A stretch of 64,000 bases of DNA, from NCBI RefSeq assembly GCF_018350175.1, contig NC_058369.1, positions 8,494,001 to 8,558,000 of the forward strand. The letters are read 5' to 3'. Below the pieces are notes generated by a model that ran no database searches, was not told where the DNA came from, and was given only the letters and a program-made list of their open reading frames with translations. A program made the translations under genes and the position numbers. Within the stretch, counting starts at the first letter, position 1, and each line of letters opens with the position of its first letter. This stretch comes from Felis catus. Taxonomy: Eukaryota. Below are positions 47,701 to 59,800 of this stretch, piece by piece.

Positions 47701-50700
47701 CCCAAGTGTTCCAGCCCATGGCGGGGTCATAGCTGATTTTTCCCGGTTCCGGGCAAATTGGGGATCTAGTCCCCAGCAGCAAAAGCTGACTCCCCAGCAT
47801 ACCTGCAATTGAGAGCCAAAGCCAGAGCTCCCAGAAAACACAGGGAACAAAGGAGCAGGTTAAATGATACCGTGAGGGAGCAAAGAGGCAAATCTCAAAT
47901 GGGAAATATTCCATAGAACAAAGACCCAGTTTGTCCAACAAACAGATGGTAAGAAGAAAAAAAAAGAGAGAGAGAGAGAGAGGGGCGCCCAGGTGGCTCA
48001 GTTGGTTAAGCGTCTGACTTCGGCTCAGGTCATGATCTCACGGTTTGTGGGTTTGAGCCCCACATCGAGCTCTGTGCTGACAGTTCAGAGTCTGGAGCCT
48101 GCTTCGGATTCTGTCTCTCTGCCCCTCCCCCGCTTGTGCTCTGTTTCTCTGTGTCTCTCAAAAATAAATAAACATTAAAAAAAAATTAAAAAATGACAGA
48201 GCTATAATTAAAAAGAGAGAGAGATAGAGAGGAAACCGTTCTAGTCCAGGGTCCCTAACCTTTCTCTGTAAAGGGCCAGATAGTAACTACTTTAGGATTT
48301 GCAGGTTGTTATAAGGTGCCTAGAGTTTTTTGTACAAAGCATCAATAATAGTTCACAATCACGCTAGCTGAGATTCCGATACATTCTACGTGCGTGCCCG
48401 GCTGTGATACCTGCTTCGTAGGTCGTAACTCATTTAACCCCCGCGACAACTTGACGCGGTGAGGCCGTTACTAAATCCACTTCACACAAGAGGGAGTGTG
48501 GGCCCAGAGGGCTGAAGTCACCAACACAAGAGCACAAACCGATCGAGAAATAATACGAGTTAACGTTCAAACGGGGCCAGTGTTGGCTTATTTCATCTTT
48601 CTAACAGCGCTAGGAAGTAGGCACAGTTTTCACTCTGTTTCCCAGATGGAGAAATGGAAGCACAGAGAGGGGAGGTGATGTGTCCAAGGTCACACAGCTA
48701 GTGGGTTGCATAATGGGATTCTAGCTCCTGAGTCTGGGTCCTTAACCCACCTTCCCCTACAGTGGTCACACCGTCTCCCACAACGGGAGTCCTAGGCAGG
48801 GCTTAGGATACTAGAATACTCCAGGCCAGATTCCCTTTGAGCTTAAATTTCCATTTACCTGATTCAAAAAGGTAGGCTGAAAAAGCCCTCCTTCCATCCT
48901 AGTACCCTGGCCCCCAGTTCTCGGACACACACAGATCATTGCTGTGACTAGATCCTTTGTATCCTCCCGGAGTTTCTTCAGGCAAACATAAATATATATT
49001 CTTATTCTTACCCTTTTTAGACACTAATGCAGGGGTCAGAAAACTTTAAGTCACAGGCAAGATCTGGCCCATTGCCTGTTTTTATAAACAAAGTTTCGAT
49101 GACAGTCACACTCACTCATTCAGTTATTTTCTGTGGTAGCTTTCAAACAGAGCTGAGGGGCGACAGAGACCCTAAGGCTGAAAATATTTCCTATCTGGCC
49201 CTTTAAGAAAAGATTGGCTGATGGGGCACCTGGGTGGCTCAGGTGTCCAAGTCTAGATTTCGGCTCAGGTCATGATCTCTCAGGGTTGTGAGTCTAAGCC
49301 CTGTGCTGGGCTCCACGCAGGGCTTGAAGCCTACGTAAGGGGCGCCTGGGTGGCTCAGTCAGTTACAGCATCGGACTCCGGCTCAGGTCACGATCTCACA
49401 GTTCGTGAGTTAGAGCCCTGGGTCGGGCTCTATGCTGACCGCTCAGAGTCTGGAGCCTGCTTGGGATTCTGTGTCTCCCTCTCTCTCTGCCCCTCCCTTG
49501 CTCACACTCTGTCTCTCTCTCTCTCTCTAGTTCAAGAATAAATAAACATTAAACAAAATGTAAAAAATAGATAAGTAAAGTTAAAAAATGACAACAACAC
49601 TTGCTGAGCCGCAGACTAAAGGAAGCATCCAAGCCCATTTTTCCACAGTAAGCATATAGCCCAGAGACCTTGCCAGAGCAGAGAATAAGGAAAGTGCTCG
49701 CCCTTTTTCACAGCTGTGTAGTATTCCACAACGTGACTATACTTTATGTTTGGCTGCTTCCCCCACCGTGAGACATTTAAGAGGTTACCGAGGTTCCCCT
49801 CCTGCCAACAGCGCTGTGACTCGATATCCTTGCCACTTCCCACATGCGTGGCATGTTTGTAGGATACATTTCCAGGAGTGTTTTGCGGCAGGGAGGTGGG
49901 GAATACCTGTAACTGAATTCTCTGAAATTAAATGCGGAAGGTGCCGCACATATGGGTATTTTTCCTAGCAGATCCTCAAAGGGCAAAGGGTTGCTGACTG
50001 CGGTTGGACCTGGAACCCAAGGGCGGGGACTGGGGTTTGGTCTGAGGGGTCCGGGGCCTGGGGCCCAGGCTGGGCACTAACCAAGGTCATCAGCGAGCCT
50101 CCGGCCGTCCTCGGTAGGCACAACACGCTCATCCTCCAGGTCGCACTTGTTCCCCACGAGGATGACCTGCGCGTTGTCCCAGGAGTAGGTCTTGATCTGA
50201 GTGGCCCTGTGGAGTGTGAGGGCCATTAGGCTAGAGATTGAGGGTCAGGGGGAGAGGGCGAAGGTCAGGGTGTCAGTGGTCAGCAAGCACTCACCAGTCC
50301 TGCACAGCGGTGAAGGACTCCTGGTTGGCAACATCATACATGAGCAGGAAGCCCATGGCGCCGCGGTAGTAGGCCGTGGTGATCGTGCGGTAGCGCTCCT
50401 GGCCCGCCGTGTCCTAGGAACACAGCAGGGTCAGGCGGCTAGGTGCTACTCTGCTCCCCACTCCCCCCCTGCAGGGTCCCAAGCGGGGCACCACCCCGTG
50501 CTCATAGCCCCTGTCTGCCGGAAGACGTGGCCCTGCCCCTGAGGAATTGCCAGTCTGAGGCATCAGTGCCTCCCACAGTCTTGTAAGCTCCCTCGACCTC
50601 GTCTCCAAGACCAACGTGGCGACCAGGGTCAGAGAGCGCCGTCTTGACGCAGACACCCCGGGGCTCAATACCATGACAATCATCACCAGCAGCCTCGCTG

Positions 50701-51288
50701 GGAGGGAGAGCATCTCCGAAGAGCGCAGAGGCTCAGCGGGGGGACCCTGGGCTCGCCCCTGCGATGGTACCCAAACCTCTGCCCCGCTGGTCACCAGGAC
50801 ATCTAACCTGCCTTGGATGGGCACTGTCTGCCCCTCAGACCCCACAGGGCAGGGCCTACCCCCCTCATCTTGATGAATTCATCTCATAGATACTATCCCC
50901 CTCCTCTTCACCTCTACCCCAAGCCCCCTCCCCAACCCTGGACCCCTCCCCACAGCCCCTACACCCTATCATGGACATCCTCGGAGGAATCCCAGGCCCT
51001 CCCGGCCCGCAGACAGACTCCCGTCCTTCGCCACAGACCCACAACAGCCGCCCGGCCCACCCAGATCTGCAGCTTGATCCTCTTGTCATGGCGATAGACC
51101 GTCTTGACCTTGAAGTCAATGCCCACGGTGCTGACGAAGGCAGGTGTGAAGGAGTCGTCCGCGTAGCGGAACAGGAAGGACGTCTTGCCCACGCTGCTGT
51201 TGCCGATAAGTAGCAGCTTAAACATGTAGTCGAAGTTCTGGTCTGCTGCATCCCGTGGGCCTGTGGGGGGGTCTCCGGCCGATGCCAT
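44534..51288 (-). CDS. RAB3D: Ras-related protein Rab-3D, 219 aa
   Basis: Exons 51061-51288, 50295-50413, 50082-50206 and 44534-44721 sum to 660 nt. GNSSVGKT P-loop, WDTAGQE, GNKCD, EASAK and C-terminal CSC prenylation motif are present; GT-AG junctions. Confidence 0.98.
45081..45114. repeat. (AAC)n(AAT)n compound microsatellite in RAB3D intron
   Basis: aataacaacaacaacaataataataataataata. Confidence 0.9.
45668..45886 (-). mobile_element. Young SINEC_Fc3-like copy in RAB3D intron, with TSD
   Basis: TSD taggattttattt at 45655-45667 and 45887-45899. Confidence 0.85.
46877..47107 (-). mobile_element. Young SINEC_Fc3-like copy in RAB3D intron
   Basis: Same diagnostic positions; flanked on both sides by cttagtttttttttt. 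Confidence 0.8.
49030..49220. mobile_element. MER58-like DNA transposon relic (second fragment at about 48240-48310)
   Basis: caggggtcagaaaact...ggcccattgcctgtttttataaacaaagttt...ctaaaatatt-like end (ctgaaaatatttcctatctggccctttaagaaaa). Confidence 0.65.
50082..50206 (-). CDS. RAB3D: RAB3D coding exon 3 (125 nt)
   Basis: [42 protein letters not shown]|gttagt. Confidence 0.96.
50295..50413 (-). CDS. RAB3D: RAB3D coding exon 2 (119 nt)
   Basis: [40 protein letters not shown]|gtgagt. Confidence 0.96.
51061..51288 (-). CDS. RAB3D: RAB3D first coding exon (228 nt CDS; exon begins at 51327)
   Basis: [36 protein letters not shown]...IKLQIW|gtgggc; acceptor ttctgcag at 51328. Confidence 0.96.
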
Positions 51289-52469
51289 CTTGGCAGAGAG
51301 CCTGCTGGGGGCGGAAGGGCTGTCGCCCTGCAGAACAATAAAACAGCAGGAATGGCTGCGGTGTATACACCAGACCTGGGTTCAAATCCTCCCTCTGCCA
51401 CTTGGAGGCTATGCGGCCTCCGACGCGTCACTTGCTGTCCGTGGGCCTCAGTGTCCTCGTCTGGAAAATGGGGACGTTTATCAAGGGCAAGGGCCCAGGT
51501 TGTAGGGGGCACATGGAGTGCCTCCTGTGGCCACTGAGGAACCAAACCCTGCAGAAGGCGCAGGTGTGGACTTTGCCCCACGGTGAGCAGCTGGCTGGGC
51601 CCAGGTGTGAGATGGGGGGGAGGGGGGGCCTGCCAGCTGGTGGATAGAGCCCCCCCCCCCCGCCCCGCTCCTGGGCCTGGGTGTTGACTTTGGCAGGGAC
51701 ACCTGCCGTGACACCCCCTCCAAAGCTGGGTTTAACCCCCCTCCCTGACCTCCACGGGGAGGGGGGATTTCAGTGGACACAGTCCAGGCTTAAAGCCCAG
51801 ATCTACCCCCAAATGGGTACTGCCACCTTCTGTTTGTCAAAGGGGTGGGCCCGTCTCCCTCCGGGCAGGGCTGACTCACCCGGGCCCCAGCCCCAGCCTG
51901 CAGAGGCTGCAGTGACAGTCCCCAACTCCAAGGAAGCCACACAATAAGAACCCTACCACCACCCCTCCACCCCTGATCCTGCCTTTCCTGGCAATCTGTC
52001 CCCACAGCTGGGCTGCTTCAGCTGCGTCAGGGACCCTCCCTCAGCCCTCACTGCCTCCCTAGGCCTCAGTTTCCCCAGCTGTCTATGGCTACTCCCTGAG
52101 CTACACAAGGAGGCGATCCAGGAGGCCTGGTTGAAAGGAAGGCACCCGGGCGGAGGAACCCTTAGCAAAGCTATTTCTCAACTGCCTGTGGGGCTTTTTT
52201 CCATTTTAAAAGAGGACCGAACCTGTGCGCTTTCCTGCCCAGCCCTCGGGGCCCCACCCGGTGTTCCGGGAGGACGAGTTCGAGGAGGGGAAGACAAGTG
52301 GCAGGAAACCTTTCCCCATGCTGGGCAGGGCCGCCAGGCTGGGGCCCTTACCCCACCCCCCCAGCCCCAGCCCACCTGTCAGCCTGAGCCACCTCTTCCT
52401 GAGCATCTGCCCACCCTCGCTCACGCCTGGCACTAGATGGGAGGCCCCGGAGGGCCTGGCCTTGTCCCT

Positions 52470-53020
52470 CTGCTGGATTCGGGGCGCCCCCGCCGGTGCA
52501 GGGGGGCTCAGGAGCTTCCTCCCATCACCATATGGTCCCATCTCCGGTTCCCAGCTGGACTCTCCGCCCCGCCCGCGCCCCACTAGCGCTCCCCGGGGAG
52601 CCCAGCTGGGTGGGGGCGAGGGAAGAGGCGGTCCCCCTCCGCTCGCCTTTGTTCCCGGGGCCCCGGGCCCTCCCTCTAACCCCCGGCCCCCCAGACCTGC
52701 TGGGAAGCGGATGTACGGGGCAGGCTACGCTCCCTCCGAAGGGGTCACCTCGCGTGGCGGAGGCGCTCCCCGCGGGCGTTCGTCCTCCGAACTCGCTGCG
52801 GCCCGGCCCCCGCCCCGACGCCGACCCCTCAAGCCGCCGCCGCCGCCACCGCCGCTGCCCGCAGCCACCCGGATCCCGCGCCGGCTCCGCCCAGGCGGGG
52901 GAGGAGGGGCCGCTCCCCGGAGAGGGCGGGGCGGGGCCGAGTCCGGGGCGGGGCTTGTAAAAGCCGGGGCCGTGAGGCGGCGGGGAGGGGGTAGCAGAGG
53001 CTGGAAGCGGCGCTAGGCTT
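52470..53020 (-). promoter_or_regulatory. RAB3D CpG-island promoter and non-coding exon 1
   Basis: CpG-rich with stacked GC boxes (52923-52953) and a GCC tract at 52833-52860. Candidate donors at 52748 (gtgacc) or 52696 (gtctgg); exact exon end uncertain. Confidence 0.75.
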
Positions 53021-54065
53021 GCAGCAGTCTAGAGCCCTCCCGTCACCAATAAACTTCTCATTTTTCCTAACTATATGTAGAGCGCCTACTACGTGCACAG
53101 AAGTGAAGAGCGTGGATTCTGGAGTCGGGTTCGAATCCCCGCTCCATCAATGTCTAGTTCTGTTCCACTTTGGACGTGTTCCTTAACCCCGCGGGCCTGG
53201 TTCCCCAACCGTCCAGGGGTCCATAACAAGAGTCCCTACCGCACAGCGCTGTGTGAAGGCTCTGATCGGAGACAGTGCTTGTAAAGTGCAAACCCTGACC
53301 CTAAAGCCGGCTAGTCCCTGCGAAATACACTTCCGGGCCCTTAGAATTAAAACCTTTTACAGATAAGGAAATGGAGGTTCAGAGCCGGGCAGTCCCTTGC
53401 GGGACACACTTGGCATCCAGGCCCAGCTGAGGCCCCAGAGTTTTTCTTCAAGCCATGAGAGGATCTGCAGGCTTTGCTGGGATCCATACCTCAGTAACTG
53501 CACCTGAAGCCACTTCTCTGGGTCCCCTGTTGCTTCTAGGAACAGTAGTAGCTCCCTCTCAGGGCTATCACCTGCCGGTCGGGCATGCACGATTCAGGAA
53601 GGGCGGCGTGGGATCAGTGACAAGCAGTCCCCAAATCTCCATGGCACTCAACATCCAAAGCGTGCTTCTCACTCGCCCTGGTCATTGTGGTGAAGGGGAA
53701 AATGTGGCTAACCGTGCACGGGCTCCCATGCCCGTGACTCTTCACATTTCCGTGGCTTTGGCAAGTCCTGTGGCCGTCCCCGATGTCGGGGGGCGGGGGG
53801 GGGGGCGGGAAATACGATTGTTCCCTAGGGATCAGAACCAGCCATTGTTACAATAAGACACAGTTTGTGCAACGGTCAGTGCCGTGTCCGGCACACGGAG
53901 GAGCCCCGTCAATGGGCCCTGTTATGGGAAGAGCTTGGGGGCTGTGGTGGTAACATCCCGAAGCGTCAGGCCACGTGAAGGAGGTAGCGAAGCTCTACCC
54001 TGGCCCCCGCCTCTGCCAGCTTTCCGGTTGGGAGAAACATGACAGCAGCCGTTTCCAAAGAAGTG

Positions 54066-54071
54066 TTTATT
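54066..54071 (-). terminator. TMEM205 poly(A) signal
   Basis: AATAAA on the minus strand, 40 nt after the stop codon. Confidence 0.8.
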
Positions 54072-54111
54072 GACACCGGGGCCCTCAGCAGGGCCGGAGA
54101 GGCAGCGGGTG

Positions 54112-55889
<1,778 letters not shown>

Positions 55890-56379
55890 TCAGCCTGTGA
55901 GCCTGCTCAAGGCCAGGGTCACCGCCAACCCAGCAGAGATCAAGGGATACCAGCCCGGGGAATGGGAGTGGGGAGGACCCAGAACAGTCCTGTGACAACC
56001 TCCAACCCCATCTCTCCAAATGTCAGCCTTCAAGATCTCAGGCTCTCTGGACCCCAGCATCCACGCCGCCTCCGAAAGCTGAAAATTTCAGTTAGGCCCA
56101 GGAGTACAAATTCACAGCCTTGGGTATTCAGAGGTCTTCCTAGTGATTCCCCCCAATCAGCTCAGGGACCTAATTCTGACAGTAAAGACCCCTGTTCTCA
56201 TCTCAGGATCCCGGATATCACTACGAAGATCCCCATAGCACCCCCGGAGATCCCGTCGAATCCTGGGAAACCTCAAATCTCATCCCGAGGACACCGACCC
56301 TACCACTGCACCCAGACCTCAACCCGCAGCACCCAGGAGTCCGAGAACAGAGGCACCCAGGCCGTATCTCGTAGGGCAG

Positions 56380-56760
56380 GTGGCCTGGGCTTGCTACCTC
56401 ACTCCCGCGCTCCTAGGTGGCCCGCAGACCTCGTCAGCCACCTCTCAAGAATTCATCCCGCCTCCCAGCGAAGTCCGAAGCCAATTGGATCTTAGATCTG
56501 CTGCCCCCCGCACCACCCTCTTAGATATTGACTAATCGATTAGCGGAAACCAGCCTGGAATCCCGCCCCGTCGACTAGATTTTATCCAATTACACCGCGG
56601 CTCCTAAGATCGGCGGAAGCAGGAAGGCGCCAATGAGGCCTTTGGCTGCATCGGAGGGGGCGGAGCTAAAATGTCAGCCACACCCCTCTCTGTGACTCTA
56701 CCTTTAGGCTCTGCGCGTTTTAATGCGATGGTGTCCCCACGGGATCAAATTTCAGCGTCA
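56380..56760. promoter_or_regulatory. Bidirectional TMEM205/CCDC159 promoter
   Basis: Head-to-head genes. CCAAT boxes (56481, 56586, 56630), ETS cggaag (56614), GC boxes (56562, 56656) and CpG enrichment. Confidence 0.8.
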
Positions 56761-56809
56761 CAGCTGGGGACTGGCTTTGCGGTCCCTGAGGGGAGAGCAT
56801 GAGCAGGTG
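56723..56809 (+). CDS. CCDC159: CCDC159 exon 1 coding part
   Basis: ...RGEHEQV|gtatgt; the codon equivalent to human Met1 is AGG (56789-56791); in-frame ATG at 56723. Confidence 0.6.
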
Positions 56810-59800
56810 GTATGTGGTAGGTGGGGGTGGAAGGGGGTAAGGAGCCAGGAAGGCACAGGATTCTCGGTCCGGAGGGCGGGGCTCAGGCTAATGACCCCGC
56901 CCCCTTTCCCCAAGAATTCTCCCGGGGACAGCGGGAGAAACAGATGATGTGGGAGGGGTAGGAGGAAGGTTATGGGGAAGGGAGGGGGGCTCGACTGGGG
57001 ACCTGCCCGCAGTTGGGGCTCAGAAATGCATCTTTCCTTTTTCCCTTCAAGCCTCCCAGGGCTCCTATGGTTTCCCAGGTTCTCAGTGTGACGTGGGAGG
57101 ACAGTTGCCCACTACTGTATGTCAGGCACTGGCAGAGATTAATTTACTTAATCACAATAACCCAGCAAGGTGGATAGTATGACATCCCATTTTTATAGCT
57201 GGGGACGCCGAGGCATGGAGAGAGGTTCAATAACTCTCCAACATCACACAGCCAGGAAGGGGCAGAGCTAGGATTCGAACCCAGGCCACCCAGCTGGAGA
57301 GTCTCCTCGCTTAATCATCATGCTCTACTGCCTCTGGAAGTGCGGGCCTCCCGAGACAGTGATTCTTGAAGGGGTAGCCTAGAACATTTCGGGCAGAAGA
57401 AAAGCTCCTATATCGCAAAATGGGTATAAAGACCCAGTGAGTGCTTCTGGTGGTGCCCAGCACTCAGTGCGGTGCTCAGAAAATATGAGCTTAAAAAAAA
57501 AAAAAAAAAGACTAAGGAAGATTTTACAAAGCAAATGCTGAGTAGAGTTGTGAAGGGCATAGAGGAGTCTTTTAGGAGGACTGGGCCAGAGGAAGGGCAC
57601 CAGCCAACCCAGCAAGGGCAGAAGGAAAAGCCCTGGGGTGTGGGCTTTTTGGCTGAATGTGACTCAGGACAGAATGCCTTTCGCCTGGGAGTTTTTCCAG
57701 GCAGACCTGCCCCAGGTCTCCATCTGTACCAGACCTGACAACACTGGAATGTTGAACAGGGGGCATGAACAGGGGGCATGAACACCGAAAGCTGTGTTTT
57801 TAAACTTCCCTGCTTGGCTTTCAGTGCCTTGCTTGAGCTGCCCCGCTAACCTCCCGCTTCCTCTTGGACCCTACCTTAGCCATCCTGAATTTACCAGCAC
57901 AGAGCACGCGGTTCCACACCTCCATGTTTTTGCAACGCGCTCTTCCCTGCCGGGAATGCCCTTCCTTTAGTGCCCAATGCCAAGATCCTTTTTTGCTTTT
58001 AGGCTCTTCTGAGGCCTCACTTTCTCCTGTGGGGGGGTCTTCTGGATCCTTCTCACTACCCAGCCAATGCCTGGGGCTGGGATCATCTTTCATCCAGCTT
58101 CTGCTCCTGCCATAACTGGGAGGCCTTGAGTTCAGGGCTGAGGCCTCTCTGGGGTATTAGGGGAGGTCTGGGGGTGTCAGGACATGGGGGCTGGTCTCAG
58201 GGCAGCCCCCTGTCCCCCCCTTGTTGAAGCGACCCTCTCCTGGCTGGCCTACCCCAGGACCCTGACTACTCTCTGCCCTGCTCCTCATCTCCCTTGCCCT
58301 CCAACGTGTGTGTGCCTGCTAACGGGAAGTGTGACAAGTACTGGGGTTTGTTGAGGCACTTCCCTAGGGCTGGGGAGCTGGGAGGGGCTGGAGGGCTCTG
58401 GGTTGGCCCCAGGAAGCCCTCACCCCCTCATTCTCCCACCCCCACCCTCTGTTCAGACTCTTCCTCAGACAAGACCTTGGACTATACAATTCACTGGTCC
58501 AGGACCCCAGAGCCAGCGACCTGGGGGCCAGCTGCTTCTGAGAACACAGTGCGGAGTATAGACTGGAGGCCTGGGAGGGACTCAGGGCCTCAGTCGCGTG
58601 GGTCTCCTCTCATCCAGAGCCCAGACTCACAGGAGCAGTGTAATGACCAGGACCTGAAGAGGCATCAGAGCATCGCTAAGGTCACCCCCACCCGGGGAAA
58701 CCCTTCCTGGCCACACCACAGTCTACTGCTCCGGGACTTAGGGAGGGAGCCATGGGGAGGGGGAGGGGTCCTCCTCAAGATGTGTGTCTTCAGCACCCAG
58801 AACAGCACCCGGTGCTCAGCCGGCCCACACTAAAAATGTCTTTTTTTTTTTTTTTTAATGTTTATTTATTTCTGAGACAGAGAGAGACAGAGGATGAGTG
58901 GGGGAGGGGCAGAGAGAGTGGGAGACAATCTGAAGCAGGCTCCAGGCTCTGAGCTGTCAGCACAGAGCCCGACACGGGGCTCGAACTCACAGACCGCGAA
59001 ATCATGACCCGAGCCGAAGTCGGACGCTCAACCGACTGAGCCACCCAGGCGCCCCAAAAATGTCTTAAATGAGTGGACGAAGGGATGAATGGAAGGGACG
59101 CACGATTGTTTCTTTGTGGGGTCTTGTCTGTGATTGTGTCTATGGTGGCGGTTGTGGTCGTGCGTCTGAGATGGAGGAGGGTGGATGCCCTGGGTGTTAC
59201 CACCTGGCGGGCATGGCTGTGTCCGAGCTTGTGTGGCTGTAGCTGTGTTTCAATGATCGTGCGTGGTTGTGCTTCGGGGCTGCTGGAGCTCCCCATAGGC
59301 ATGGCCTATGTCATTTGCCCCTAAGGAGGAGGGCCGTTGCCTGAGCCCAAGCCAGGGACGGGGCTCTGCAGGCGTGTGCTGTCATACAGGGGCAGCCCCC
59401 GGGCGTGCGCAAGTAGGGGACAAGCCACACGAGTATACCCCTGACCGTGTGGGGGCCGGTCGGGGGGTGGGGGTGGGGTGGGCGGTGGTGCGCACAGGTG
59501 CATAGGGGCAGCTTTGCCTGCACGCAGGGTCCGGGACACCCAGCACTCAGCAGACCCAACTCACGGCCAGCCCCACACACAATGGGTTGGGGTGAGCAAG
59601 GAGAAACACAGAGATGAATTTCTACTGCCCTCATGTCCCTGTTTCCTAGAAGCCCTTGGAGGCCAGCTCTCCCAAAGTCAAAGGTGAGAAACCTCCCTCC
59701 CAACACGACCGTGTGTGGAAGATCTGCCAGGTCCTACCTCCACCCTCTGCCCCGGCCTGGGAGGAGCCACGCCATTGCTGCCCACTTATCAGCTGGAGTT

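Noticed and set aside
52225-53098. 263-aa and other ORFs at the RAB3D promoter
   Set aside because: CpG-island artefacts with low-complexity P/R/G composition.
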